A DNA stretch of 63,637 bases, the filler included, from Bigelowiella natans CCMP2755 (taxonomy: Eukaryota; Protista; Cercozoa): NCBI GenBank assembly GCA_000320545.1. It is 3 parts of 3 records of this genome, joined end to end, with 100 filler letters (N's around TTAATTAATTAA, not from the genome) between each part and the next. Parts side by side here need not be neighbours in the genome. Positions count along the whole stretch, not along the records: positions 1 to 26,391 come from ADNK01001116.1; positions 26,492 to 57,817 come from ADNK01003416.1; 1 more part is not named here. One strand, written 5' to 3'. Each line of letters opens with the position of its first letter. Position 1 is the stretch's first letter. The notes beneath the pieces were generated by a model. The model was not told the DNA's origin. It was given only the letters and a program-made list of their open reading frames with translations, and made no database searches. Both the position numbers and the translations under genes were made by a program. Positions 24,644 through 38,063 of this stretch are shown piece after piece.

Positions 24644-25375
24644 TATTTATGTAAATATGTATATGTCGTGCATATATCTCGAGATACATGCGTATATACA
24701 TGCATATTTATGTAGATAGAGCTGTACATTTATATATTATTTACATACATGCATCAGATAGGCTATGTGTGTTATTTACGCATCGCTACATGATCCATTT
24801 GCCCTAGCCAACTAGCTGGCTAAATAAGCTAGTAAGGCCCAGAACGCTCGTCACACCGCTGGCCCTGCTGTAGTAGTTACATACGCACGCATCATGCTAG
24901 CATGGTCAATGTCAAATGGGTAGCCGTGCACTAAATAAAATGTGTATATGCATGTATTTGTAATAAACGCTTGCCACATTGCTGCGCCTGCCATGCATTC
25001 TAGCATTGCAGCTACCTATATCCCTACTCATTCGCCGCATGCAGTCTTGCAAGAGTGCAAGAGAAAGCGAAATGCATGCACTACTAGACTAATAGCTAGC
25101 AGCACACAATAACAAGATAACAATGGCTCAGACATAACTGCTGCTGATGGCTGCTGCATAGCAGGCGTCCCTACGATATAGATACGTATATACACTGTTA
25201 CACGCACGCGCGCGCATATCGCGCATCAGACATACATGCTAGCATGTGCTATGCTACATAATGTCCGATCGCATGCATTCAGTTCTCACCAGCTAGCCAG
25301 AGAGTAGAATCGAGTCATTCACCATTGATCAATAATAACTACTTGTTTGGACGCTAGTGCGTACATCTCTATGCT
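24310..25375. other. Palindrome-rich 3'-intergenic island 5 (AKR 3' end / probable TTC4 3' end)
   Basis: catgctagcatg at 24893 and acatgctagcatgt at 25234; ctagactaatagctagc; an internal (TA)n run at ~24608-24639. Confidence 0.78.
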
Positions 25376-26391
25376 TTGTTTCTTATTTTACCCGATGCAG
25401 ACAACAATTTGTACCAGAAGAATCAATCGGCAGAATTGATCCTTCATAAAAAGGTTTCGTTGCTATTCTCCAGAATGGCTCATTTGCTCCCCATCCCACA
25501 CCCGATTACATACGTTCCCATCGCAAAATATGCCCACAAGCACACGTATCTATCTTCAAATGGTTCGGAGCAACATTGCCCTGTTTAAGAAAAGTATGGA
25601 GAGAGATTGATAGTTCTAGTTGTCGACAAGATGAGTTCACCGCTGCTGCTGCTGCTGCTGCTGCTGGACTGACTGCTACGGTTGCTTACGCCTCCGCTGA
25701 GGAAACATTAATGTCTTGATGCTCATCATGAGTTGCTGCTTGGACAATACTTTCACAGCAAACACATGACCAGGCATGCGTCGTCCTATTGTGTAAAGAG
25801 AAGAAAAGTAGGGATGAGGAGGAGGAAGAAGGAAGGTCAGAAGGAGGCAGGAGGAAAATATTACATACGGTGTCACACATTTAAAAGGCGACATTTAAAA
25901 TGCAATCTTCCTGTGATAATTAGTCGTTATTTTTCCCCTGTCGGAATCATTGAGAAACAGGGAAGAGGAGAGAGAGAGAGAGAGCGAGGGGGGAAAGGGG
26001 GGGGGGGGGGGGGGGGCTAAAAAGATTGTTGGCAAAAGTGTGTAAACAACAAAAAGTAAGCCCCTTCATCTTTAGCAGAACTTTCTTCTCGACATCATTG
26101 CGGGAGCTCGCGATATGATTATCCACCGTTCCTATGGAATGATGCGGACTGGATTTACGTGGGACTTTCGTCTTTTTTGACACAGAAAGATCTATCCTAA
26201 GGAGTTGCTTCTTCGATGTTACTGAATTTTTACTTTCTTGAGAAGAACCCTGGTGGGGTGGATTCACTGATTGAGGTGCGCCCGAAGGGCCCGGTTGAAA
26301 ATCCAGACTATTCCCGCTGATCAGACTAACCCGGGGAATAAATGAATTGACTCCTTGATGACTCCTCCTCTTAATCCACATTTTGGTTGTT

Positions 26392-26491
26392 NNNNNNNNN
26401 NNNNNNNNNNNNNNNNNNNNNNNNNNNNNNNNNNNTTAATTAATTAANNNNNNNNNNNNNNNNNNNNNNNNNNNNNNNNNNNNNNNNNNNN
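26392..26491. other. Artificial assembly gap: 44 N + TTAATTAATTAA + 44 N
   Basis: Exactly 100 bp; the central 12-mer puts stop codons in all six frames; identical to the gap at 57818. Confidence 0.97.
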
Positions 26492-26794
26492 GCTGAGACG
26501 GGGGGAGAGGGATAGAGGATGTGTTGACGTGCTGTTATCAAAAATGGGGGTGGATGTCTATTCCGGGTCCCAGCCCCCCAGTGCGAGGGGGGTGGGGGGC
26601 GGATGAGACAAAATAAAATGAACAAAAGGAAAGAGGAGTTAAGGCGGGGGAAACCGCGAAAGGGGCAAAACATCAAAAGAAATATTCAATAATTTATATG
26701 TCATATAGAACTTTTTTTACGGTATCGTTGATTCTCGATACCTGTCCCACCCCCCCCCCCCCCCTCCTTCCCTCTCTTCTCTCCGATAAGTTAC

Positions 26795-27881
26795 CGGTCA
26801 AAGGGGGCGTGGCGTCCGATTGGTAATACACCTCAACCTGGTCGAGTGCGTAGTGGCCGCTCTGGTCCCACGGGACTCTCCAGGCGTCTCTTCCAGCACA
26901 GCCCGGAAACATCTCGGCAAGCTGGTGTGCACGTAGTACCCATGAATGAAGCAAGAAGAGACACATTTCTCTCCCAGAAGCCACTGCAACCGCCGCCTCG
27001 CAACCCATTCCGATCTTCGTTCTCTCAAATTTTGCATGATTCGGACTCTCCTGCCGCTAAATCCCCCCCTCCCCCCTCTCCTCCCTTTCCCCTTCTCTCT
27101 CTGTTCGTTATCCTATCCCTGTCGCCGTCTCCTTCTTACCTGGTCGTATATTGTCTTATGCTCGTCCCAAGCCTCGACGAGGTCCGTTTGCAATGACTAC
27201 GCGGCGGTGGTTGCACACGCACACAATATAACACATACACACGCACACACACACACACACTTATAGACACACGTATACACTCTCATACTCTTCCCATACG
27301 CACATTCCGCCCCTCCCCTCTCTCTCTCTCTTTCTCTCCTACACACGAACGCACACCTCGGGATAGATGAAGATGACAGGCCACGCAAGCCTTCGTCCCT
27401 AGTTCAGCAGCAGCAGCAGCAAAGGCAACGAAAACAAATCGGAATGTAGTATACACCGAGGGGAGGATATCCCCTGTACGCTGAGGAACCACCAGCCCCT
27501 TCGGGGAAAAAAAAAGTAGCAATAATCTTCCCACAAAGTTACACGGCGGGGGGAGGGGGCGGAGCGGAAAGAACATGGCTACATTTCTGCTGGACCTACT
27601 ACTGCCTCTGGTACCTCTATAATTTGAGGAATTCTCCCCCTTACAAGAGGGAGGGTGGTGTAGTATGGCAGACCGATGCGAGTGCCCGCATTCCTTAAAC
27701 ACGCAAACAACAATTTCTTCATCATCCACATCGACCTTAAAGCTCAAGGGTACGTGGATGTAGAGGATATGTATTAATATAACGGCGCAGAGCTGTCGAT
27801 GCGAATTTATCAGGGGAACGTTGCGCTCTATGCTTTTTCGGCTTGGGGGAGGGGGGGCTACCCCCATATGCGTATATGTGC

Positions 27882-27921
<40 letters not shown>

Positions 27922-28046
27922 ATATACGTGTGTGCTTCACCGGATAAAGCTAAGTAACTGGATTCGACGCTCCTGTTCTGTGTTTGTCCGACTGGTTGCA
28001 CATAAGCATATATGTGTTAAAAAAACGTTTTATAATAATTATATTT

Positions 28047-28086
<40 letters not shown>

Positions 28087-28660
28087 TATATTATATTAAA
28101 ACACATCGGCCTCATGCCCTTCCTCACACACACTCTCCCCTCCACCTACACCGCGGACTAGTAAATGGCTCCTCAAACGCGACGGTGATGATGATTCATC
28201 GTGGCGCGCGCGCACCTCTCCGCCCGTGCCACTTCCTTCATCGTGGCTCGAACCCTTTTCCTGAGAGTCGTCTGGTTGGTAGACGAAGGAAAGGAGAAGA
28301 AACAACGTCGCAGTTACGTTCCAAAATGCGGTGAGACTTGCACAGCAGCACCCGCCATTTAGTATATACCTACTACCTATTACTACTATACTACTGCTGC
28401 TACTCTTCCTACTTCGAGTTCTTTGAGCTGCAGTGCCTCTGTGTACGTTCGCTCACGAATCAGGCCTGGAGGCCAATAGCAGGGTCAGTATCATCAGAAC
28501 CAAATTTGGGGGGGGGGGGGGGGTGTGGGGGAGACGGCCAGAGCGACAGCGGAGCTCTTTTTTATTATGTGGTGATGATGATGATGATATGAGGTCCCAG
28601 AGAGGTACTTGTTATCGATAAAGACTGCAGGGGGGCGGGCGAACTGTGTGTGTGTACGCG

Positions 28661-28703
<43 letters not shown>

Positions 28704-30060
28704 AAATATGGTTAATTGCGGGGCTTCGAGTTGTGCAGCACCCATTCCTTCCGTTATCAGTCATGGGCCTGTCTTTTCTTTCACGAGATGTACAACATGG
28801 CAGCACTCGTCGTCACGCCACGACCATGTGATAAAGAAGGAAACAGGCGAAGAAAGGAAGGAGGAGGAGGGAGGGGGGGGGGGAGTAGGCAATAGAACAC
28901 TGCGGAGAGCACATGCATGGGTGCCGAGTGCGCGAGCACAGCATCGAGCCAGGTTTCTCCATCCATGCATTTTTCCAAAATTGACTCGAAAGCCTATTTG
29001 CTTTTTTCCGCGCACGAGAAGAACACGTCCGAACCTGTTGGTAGTCCTTCATCTCCATGCAGGCCCTTTTTTTTTGAAGGAAGTTAGGGGGGGGAGAGGA
29101 GTTGAACGGAATGCTCACACCATAGTGAGGATGGATGATGACTCAAGCACGCCGTTTAGGGAGAGAATCAACGCCACTGGGCGCCATTCTCCCTTAGCTT
29201 GTGTGTGAATCTAGAAATTGGTACGACTTCTCCAACATCTCACTCTCTACTACTACTAGTACTACTACTACTACTACTGCTACTACTACGACCACCCCCC
29301 GCCCTTCTTCCTGCAGCTGGTCGGAGTTGTTGGATACCGCTCTGAACGGTAAGTGCATACTACATGTGCACAATCTACCTTGCCGCTCGCCAATACACCT
29401 TAGTGCGGAGATGGGACAACTGCCAGGGGTACGACGAACAGATCGATCATCGATATAGGACCAAAAAGCAAATCGGAATCCTCCCCCCCCCCCCACCCCC
29501 CTCAACCTTTTTCTCCCCTTATGTTCATCCCTCGCAAAATCATTAAGCTTTCCACTCACTCTCTTGGTCAGTTCTTTCTATCTCCGGAAAAAGCCTCATG
29601 GGCTCTTTCCCGCCCCATTACCCGTGCCAAAATAAAAGGGGCGGTGGGGGGGGGGGGGGGGGGGTGGTGGGGAGCTTTGGGGAAGCATTAAAGTTTTTTG
29701 GCGGGCCATAAGCTAGTGGGGGGGGGTTGGGTTGGTGGAGCGATAGGAGAAGTATTAGTATAATTGCCGCCATCAAACTATAAAAGAGTAATGCTTTTAT
29801 ATTAAAGCCCATCCACAAAAGAAGAGTTGCAATCGTAACCGGGCCCTCACCCCCAAAGTCACCTGTAATTCTTGAGATAAAGATGCGCCTGAGCCCTGTT
29901 GGCACGATAAGTCGCCATGTTCTCACTTACCTAGATATTTATTGCAGGGTGTACGTGAGGTGATGATTCTTCATCACCGCTTTTGTTTCAATCCCCCGCT
30001 ACACATCTACAAAATACGAGCGTCGCCCTCCCCCCTCCCTCGTCCTTTTGTGTGCGAACA

Positions 30061-30095
<35 letters not shown>

Positions 30096-30236
30096 TTATA
30101 CATATAAGTAACATTTATATCAACGCACATTGTGGCGATTCACTGTCAGGGCCTTGGTGTAGTGCTTGGCAGCCTCTCGGAAGAATTTGAGCGCCCCCTT
30201 TTTTATCCTCGATAATGGTAAATAATAGTAAGAGTA

Positions 30237-30271
<35 letters not shown>

Positions 30272-31131
30272 AATAATAACAGAAACGTGCTGTGTTGGTT
30301 AAGACCGGCGTTGTGACATTTACCCTCAATAATGCCGCTGTGACTACAAACAACCTTGCTGAACTATCATCTGCGTGTAGAGTATCTATCCGAGTAGTTT
30401 TCTCTCCCGTTTCTCTTTTCTTGTCGCGCTATTGCTACTGCCGCTGCCGTCGTGTGTGTGGTGTGTGTCGTAGCGAACCAACCTCGTCTTGTTCTCAAAT
30501 GCGCTCGTTTCCTGCATCTTCAGCAGCGCCCCCAGCCCCATACGGATGAATTGGTTGCCCTGGAGACCGGATGGCGGCAAAAGTGACGATGACGTGAGGA
30601 GGAGGGGGGAGGAGAAGAAGAAGAAGAAGAAGAAGAAGAAGAAGAAGAAGAAGAAGAATCGACCAAAAGGTACAGGGAGCATATCCCTCTATTTTCTTCC
30701 CAATCCCATCAAACCTGATTGCGTTGTTCCTCCGCTCTGTCCTCAGCTGTTTCTGCCATTTCCGATGCGTTGATTCCCTCCTCGAACGAAGGGCCATATA
30801 TCTCCTAATCCATGTTGGCAGAGGAATTAGTGTGATAACTCATTCTTCACGTGACGCTATCTTCCGCGACGGCGGCGACGTTGTTGCGTTTGTGCGTGCG
30901 TGGAAGCTCGCGCGGGTGTGCTGTTAGCGCGTCTTTATTAAACGTGCAAGAATCGAAACACTTGGGAAGATGGAATTGGGAAGAGCTGAGCGTGTCAGGT
31001 ATCATCCGAACATGCAAGCTGTTAGTCGTTTCACCGTGTCAAGTCTTTTGGATATGTTCGCCCGCTCTGTCTCCGACAACTCTTGAATCGGACCCCAGTC
31101 TCTGCGGATTTGTCATCTTTTTCAGGTATGC

Positions 31132-31165
<34 letters not shown>

Positions 31166-31700
31166 TTGCAGTAGTAGTAGTAGCAGTAGCAGCAGCAGCA
31201 GCAGCAGCAGTAGCAGAAGTAATAGCACACACTTTGCACGGAGAACACAGATGTTAGGGCTGCTGCTCCAAAAGGTTTACCGTTCTTCGGAGTCACTGGT
31301 GTCCTGATCAAACCAGTCGTTGAACCGCTTGCGCTGCTCCTCCAGGGCATCGGTAGTTTTGTTGCCGTCGAGGTCTTTCCTAGTGTCCACTTGCATTTTC
31401 GGCGGCGGCCTCGCAGTTCCAAATTTGTTGAGATGTCGTGGCGTGTTATCATCATCATCGTCGTCGATCGTCGCCTTTCTTGCAATTTCCATCTCCTGAA
31501 GGACGATTGCATAAAAGTGTGCTTAGAAGAGCCAGGGGGGGGGGGCATATTAAATCTGTATTCACATAATAACACCCGCTCATCATCTGAACATTGTCGC
31601 ATTTCGTTGAGAAGGAGATTCTCGTCTATGGTGATATCTCCCAGAATGCTTGTGTTGAAGCCACCAAGGTCGCCTCCACCCCAGAGCCCTTATCACACAT
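26795..31700 (-). CDS. TTC4: TPR co-chaperone TTC4/Cns1-like; spliced, both ends unresolved (3' part beyond the gap, possibly to ~25400; 5' part possibly to ~32400)
   Basis: Exons in order: ..AEDRAEEQRNQ|GNQFIRMG.., FREAAKHYTKALT, ATYRANRAQAHLYLKNY, KVYWRAAR, ACMEMKDYQQ (TPRs), then LAWPVIFIYPE|SLQTDLVEAWDE..|LAEMFP..VPWDQSGHYALDQVEVYYQ (TTC4/Cns1 wheel domain). Confidence 0.8.
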
Positions 31701-32559
31701 GCCGGGAATATGAATTGTCTTTTATCAAAATACTTGACGCAATGTAGTACAAAATTATACATATTATCTAGTGTATAATCAGGAATGGAGGAACACTCTC
31801 CATCCATGAAAACGTTTAACGATATGCGCACAATTTCGACGTTCACCGTGGCTTCTGCGACGACTCCTATAAGAGGAGGGGGAAGTGGTAAATGCGATTA
31901 AAGAGGATGTGATCGCGGTGAGGAGAATGGGTGAATGCGCCGCATGCGGTGCTGGGATCCCAGACACGCCGCACGCAGCAGGCATTGGGGCGGGCAAAGA
32001 GGAATGTGGGTTTTGAAGTAGGTGATTAATTGAAAAAAGCCATGCGGATTGTCATATCTTGAACATATTTATGGTTGTCGCACTAGGGAAAAGTATTACA
32101 AATACTTAAAACTTGATATATTTATAGTTGTCTTAGTTCTTATTTCGAGTTCGGAAGCAGGCGATTCGTTCTCTATCGGGGTCAACCAACGGGTCCCTGA
32201 AAAACCTGGAGTGATGAAAGATGAAAAACTGATTGCTTCATTTGAGGGGGATGAAATGTGTGTGTTCTTGAACCTTCGTTTTCTAGCTAGATGCGGATCT
32301 CAATATATCAACTCTTGAATTCACACTGCTAGACTGCTCGTCAGACTGCCTAGCTGCGTTGACAGTCGACTGACTGCATGAGGATCCAAAGTGCGCGGCA
32401 TCATCCTTCGTTGTTGAAGGTAATTTTTTGCTGATGACAGGAATGAAAGTGATTCGTTGAGCAAGCACTTTGCATTCTCGTTGCACGAAAATGAAAACTT
32501 CTCTGATCATTTCCGGCGAGCCACGCCGATCATTTGATTCGTGGATCACTGCCTTCTGT

Positions 32560-33075
32560 GTACGCCATGCGTGCAAGATGAGATGGGCGGCTTAGCTTTC
32601 GATGCACAGGCCCTCTAAAAGAGAACAATTGCACCGTTGAGATATTTTGCGCGAACGCAAGGTCCGATTTACACATCTAGACATGTTGTGCACACATGCC
32701 ATCTACTTGCAGAGCACAGGCAACAGAGCTATGGAGCCCCATCCAGCATCTCATCATCTAGTTTGCGCATCACCTCTAGGCCTGCACTTGCTTGCTTCCA
32801 CGCATGGTACAATTTCAATTTCCATGTTATTATCGGCGACGCATCATTCATTTAGCGCATGATGTGCGTAGCGCACGCCACTACGCATCGAATGTGCACG
32901 TGACTTAAGACTATATGTACTTGTTTGGCCGATCCATGCATGCTAGCATGGATGCATGTGTCATATACAATATGTTAGTTTGTGTTTATGCATTCCTAAA
33001 TTGGAGACGGACTCCATGTACACGCACAAAGTCATGCTAAAAATACACCTGTGACGTCGGAGACGAAGAATGCTA
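32560..33075. other. Palindrome-rich 3'-intergenic island 6 (immediately downstream of CCZ1; next gene is in tandem)
   Basis: catgctagcatg at 32939, tctagacatg, gcgcatgatgtgcgtagcgc; begins directly past the CCZ1 stop codon. Confidence 0.75.
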
Positions 33076-33076
33076 A

Positions 33077-35034
33077 TCAATGCATGAAGATTTTAGCGAA
33101 ATAGCTTCTCGCGAGTCTGTTCACCTCTTCCTGCACCGTCGTTAGATTGGCATTTTTGTGGTCTACAAGCACAAAAAATTCTCTTTGCGTTTGAGTTGCT
33201 TTGCTCGCAACTAGCCAGCCATCGGCCTTAGTCTTCACGACAACGTGAATTGGATCTCCCCCTTTTAAGTTCTTCGAAGTCGAATCCTCATCTTGACGAT
33301 TTGATGATTCCTGCTTTCTATCGCCCGCATCACTCGAGAATCCTTCATCCGCTCGCTGTGGCTCAGACTCTTTTGAATCAGAAACTTCGGCTTCATTTTG
33401 ATTTACCAATTCTGGCCCTCCAGAGAGAGATTTTGCTTCCGATTTCTCCGGCGTGCTCGGTGTTTCGCCATTATTCTTACCCTTGATGTCTTTATCTGAC
33501 GAGTTGCCTTCCTTTGTCTTTTGGCCCTCGTCCTCTAGTCGCTTCTTCCCGTCATCGGCGAATCCATACCCACCCCACGGATTGATACGAAAATCTTTGT
33601 GAATCTTGCGGATGAGCTTAATCGTCTCCATCGAGACCGGCTGGGTGTTCTCCCTGCCCAGAGTGCTCACTAGGGCCAGGTTGAGAGCGTTGAAGTACAG
33701 GAAACGGTAAGAGTCGGAGGGTTTGCTATCTTGGCCCCCCTGCCGGGAAAGTAAAGCTTCCAGCTTCTGTATGTCTGGGCGAGCGTACTTGTCTATTTCC
33801 TGATAGTCGCTGGTTTCCATTGCAACGTCGTGCATCACCATGAAGAGGGTTATGCTTGAGTACCTGTACACCGCCAGTCGCTTCTGCTTCCAATCGAAGG
33901 TTTTTAGGTGAAGCTGCGGTGCCGCGGAACGGCTATGATCAAGGATGTGAGCAGGTCCAGTCAAGAACCCTATGGATTTTCTGGCGAGGCCTTCCTTTGT
34001 GTTGGCCTTTCTTGTAGTTGTGCTGGAACTCTTCATATCTGTAATAATGTCCGCGTCATTTTCTCCGGAGGGATCCTGCTCCCCGGATGGTTTCTCTGGG
34101 TTAGTGGCGAGATACTTGAAGAAGCCTCCCATATTCTTTTGATCAAGAAGGTAAAGGAAAAACATGTCATCTTGTTCGAGGCCGCTCCAGATAAGTTTCC
34201 TGTCGTACATCACCGCGCAAGATGCGATACTGGGAAACGCAGAGGAAAGCACGTTGATGATATATTGTGTCATAAGGAAGGCGTTTCTATTCACGGGCAT
34301 GAAGTTGAATCCTCGAATGTCCATTAAGAATCGTACGTTCTGAAAGTCGATGGTGGGCAAGAAGTATTTCATAAAAAGCCAAAGCTTGGTTTTAAGGAAC
34401 TCGTAGGAGTGCTGCCTCGCTATATCTGCCATCCTTCCGTTGCACATTCTGAATGTTGCATATGTTCGCTTAACAATTGCCTGAAGACAAGAATCTCCAA
34501 GTTCGTCCTCAAGATACACAGGGGTTCCGTTTCGAGACTTAACAATTGAAGGGTTGTTCATGATGAGCACGATCCAATAATCCTTTTCGCACTCGAAGAA
34601 GGCATGCCGAGTCTTCTCGCACCTCAAAGCTTCACACGGTTTATCGGGAGAAAAATCCCTGCCATATAAGTTATTCGCAGTTAGTACGCAATTCGTATAC
34701 TTTTTCAGTCGCATGCCAAGCATGACCTTTACGATGAGCAGAAAATTACCTGGTAAAATTGATGATTCCCTCGGATAGACCGATGTAGTCTTTCATGCGA
34801 TTTACATCGATGTTTGGGTGGAAGAAAAGATTTTTCCTCCCCTCAGTCTGCTCCTCTCCAAGGGTTGGGTTGAACACGAAGAAGGCTGCAAGCTATAAAA
34901 AAGGAATTCGAGTGAGTTTTCTGGAGCATAAATATTCTACACAAGGAGAACCCATTCCATTCTAGCTCCTCTCCTCCAAATAATCCTACTCCGAAAGCAA
35001 GTATACTCACCGATGCAGGCTGCTCGGTAGTCAT
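33077..35034 (-). CDS. CCZ1: Vacuolar fusion protein CCZ1 (Mon1-Ccz1 Rab7 GEF subunit), 3 exons
   Basis: MTTEQPAS|LAAFFVFNPTLGEEQTEGRKIFFFHP...YIGLSEGIINFTR|DFSPDKPCEAL...ECEKDYWIVL (first longin domain); later LIWSGLEQDDM, YRFLYFNALNLA and KADGWLVA...REFFVLVD. Confidence 0.88.
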
Positions 35035-35724
35035 TGGCCTCTAATACAGGCACTTGCAAAGGCAGCGAGATTCTGTTACAGAACGCCGCAAGGTCAAACT
35101 GCGACCACCATTTTTGTGTGAGATCTCAATAGCACCATCGAAGTAGAAACGACCATGTTTTCGTTCCTGCGACAACCCTTAAGTTACGTCGCCCATGTAA
35201 AATTGGATCCCATTTGGCCCTCATAAAAGACGTAGGTGGCGTTTGATATTTTCGGGTGATTTTTCGACCGAACGTGCGACAAGAAGGCAAGAGAAAAGGC
35301 AGCGACTTTTGCGGAAGCAGGAATCCTCCACTTTTTAGACAATGAAATGTGGGTATTTATGCGAGTAGAGGATGTCTTATTGTTATTAAGTGAAAAAGTT
35401 TATTGGATGTTGAGCTCGAGGGAGGACATATTTTCGCCTATGCATTCGCGAACAGGTTCCCGCCAAAAGTTCCAAATCTGTTGGAAAAGCATGGGATTTG
35501 TTCCTCTGATCGCAGTCTAGAGGAGATTATCGGTAATTTTGGCCCTCATTCCGCCTGCAATGGGTCCTCATCTTTGCATCGAGCTTCCTTTTCACCCATA
35601 GCCATACCTCCTCTTTCCAATCCCATCTGCAACATTGCATGCATGCAACATACCATTGAACGGATCGGAAACAAATAAATTAAAGAATTGGGAGCAAGCT
35701 GACTCCTGATCAGACAGGAGGGTC

Positions 35725-38007
35725 ATGGACTGTGTTGTGGAAGGAGATGCGAAGTCAAGTTCGAGCGCTGCTAAGATTTTGAACCAACTCACTGCCAAGT
35801 TCTCGAGTGAGGCGGGGAAGGTTGAGGATGTGAGATACTTGGTCGAACTGCTTCCTACGATTTTGGACCTCGAGGTAAGTGAAGCCGCGGTTGGTGCTCT
35901 CACACTGATCAAGAGCCTTGCGGAGAAATGGTCTTCCCCAGATGCCAATATAGCTGCCTCGGATCCTATTATCCTCGCGGAACTTGTGTTAAATATATTC
36001 CTGCTCCTTCGAAAACCGGCGTATGAATTCTTGTATCCTGTTATCCTCGAGTCCTTGAGCCTACTCATGGTGTGCCATGCAGTCCACGATAAGATCGGCT
36101 TTCGGTTCTTTCTTAAAGATTGTTGCGATTTACTTTCAGGTTATCTTCTCCACCGCATCTAAAGTCAAATTTGTGTACACATTCGCACAGATTTTGAACA
36201 TCACATCTGACGGATTATCTTTGACAGACCTCGAATGCTTCTATGAAATTCCGTACCAGCATGATGCGAAGGAGTCATTCGTCGCTGAAGGGAAGTACTG
36301 CATCATCCTCCGCTCCTATCGCAAGCATCATCGGAAGATTAGTGGAAAATCAAACTCTGCTTCTCCTCTATACGGCGAAGCGTTGATATTCTCTTTTGAG
36401 TCTACCTCAGATTGTGCGCAATTGCAAGTCTTAACTACGCGACTCATCTCCATGGTCCTCGCTCGAAGTAAGCTATTCGGTTTTGGGGTGAGGTCACGTT
36501 TTCTGCACATCTGCTTGATTCAGCTGCTAGAGGGGACTTGTGAAGTTCAAACGGTAGCTCCTAACGAAATGCTATCTCAAATTGCTATAACCTTGTGTTT
36601 TTCTTATCATCCAGGAGTCCCTGAAAGCACTTGCTGCTGTTGTCGAGGCGGAACAAGTCAGCGTGTACGATCTCTCCAAGATTTTGCGAAGTATCGCAGA
36701 AAGCCTCCGGTGCAGACTGCTAGCTCTGGCTGAAGAATCAAATAGCATGCCAAATAATAGGTTCTACCGCGCGGCAGCAGAGCTCTTAAGGACTCTGCGG
36801 ACTTCATACCCGGCCCAGCAATTTGCTAAGAATGTGAATATATTTTTGGACATTATCTTAACCGGACTGGAGGGCTACAGAATAAACCCAAGATCATTCT
36901 GGCTCGGTTTGATGGAAGAGATGCTGAAGCTCTATTCGTACTTGCTGTGCCAGTTCCCGCATGTTGCCAACAAGCTGCAGAGCTTCGCTCCGCTCCTCGA
37001 AGTAAAGGATCTCCGCCTGGTCACAATAAGATCTTTCCGTTTTGCAATTTGGGCCTTGTGTGGGAAGCATGCGAATAGTGCTGCTTCAACGATATGCCTT
37101 TCCAGCACATCAACGGCTAAGCGCCGACGCAGAATCCCGCAATGGCCCGCACTACCACCTCCTCTGAGAGAGAGCAATCCCGATATCGGAGCCTACCTTT
37201 CTTCCTTGCTTCGGCGACTTGCTGGCGCCGCGCTGAAATCCCTCGAAAGCTACAGGTTTCTTAATTTATCTCAATTTCCTCTTCGCCAGCCTTCCCATAA
37301 TGTGAGACGCGTGTATGATCTTTGTGGAAACAGCCCGTCGAGTCTGGAGGCTGGCCTGACGCAATTTGACACCGCCTTCCGCCTGCACCTCTCCATCCCA
37401 AACGGCGCTTTCACGCAGAGGCTGCTTCGGAAGCTCGAGGAATGGATGCAGATCGTATGTTCAGTCGTATCGACAAAGCCAGAGTACGCTGGTCTTCTGC
37501 CCTTTTCCGTGAAGACGCTCGTCGGCCTCGTGGAGGCGGCGTTCCACGTCTTCCCCAATCATCTCATGTCACCGATTATGAACCCCATGGTAGATACAAT
37601 ACACTTAGTCGCCCATGCATAGGATAGCAATAGCATCTTCGGAGAGAAGTAATGTTGGGAAGAAGGAGTCGACGAACAAGATCATACTCATGCTTCCTCC
37701 TCTTCTTTCCACTAACAGGTCAAGCTGATCTGCACACCGTGGCAGCGCCGAAGCAACGACAAAAAGGGTGCTACCAGCAAGTCGAAAACGAACGCTAGCG
37801 ATTCCTCGACGGGATCCTTTCCCTTGGAGCTGAAGAAGTCGTGTCTGCACCTGCTCGCGATAATAAAGCTTTCTGCGACTGATGCCGAGGCCCGTGTGTT
37901 CGAGCTTGCGCTCCGCGACGAGGAACTCCTGCGTTGCTACGCGTACAGGTGGCAATTGGCGGGAAGTGGAGGCGGGAAGTGTAGGCGGGGAAGCACACAC
38001 TCAGCAG

Positions 38008-38063
<56 letters not shown>

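Noticed and set aside
26436-26447. TTAATTAATTAA palindrome within N runs (also 57862-57873)
   Set aside because: Synthetic six-frame-stop scaffold spacer, not biological.
27283-31602. Numerous 60-200 aa ORFs with poly-H/T, poly-C/V, poly-Y/I or poly-K tracts
   Set aside because: These are translations of intronic microsatellites, not genes.
500-35034. VPS9 (Rab5 GEF) and CCZ1 (Rab7 GEF) as an endosomal gene cluster
   Set aside because: They are over 30 kb apart with unrelated housekeeping genes between; chance co-location is sufficient.
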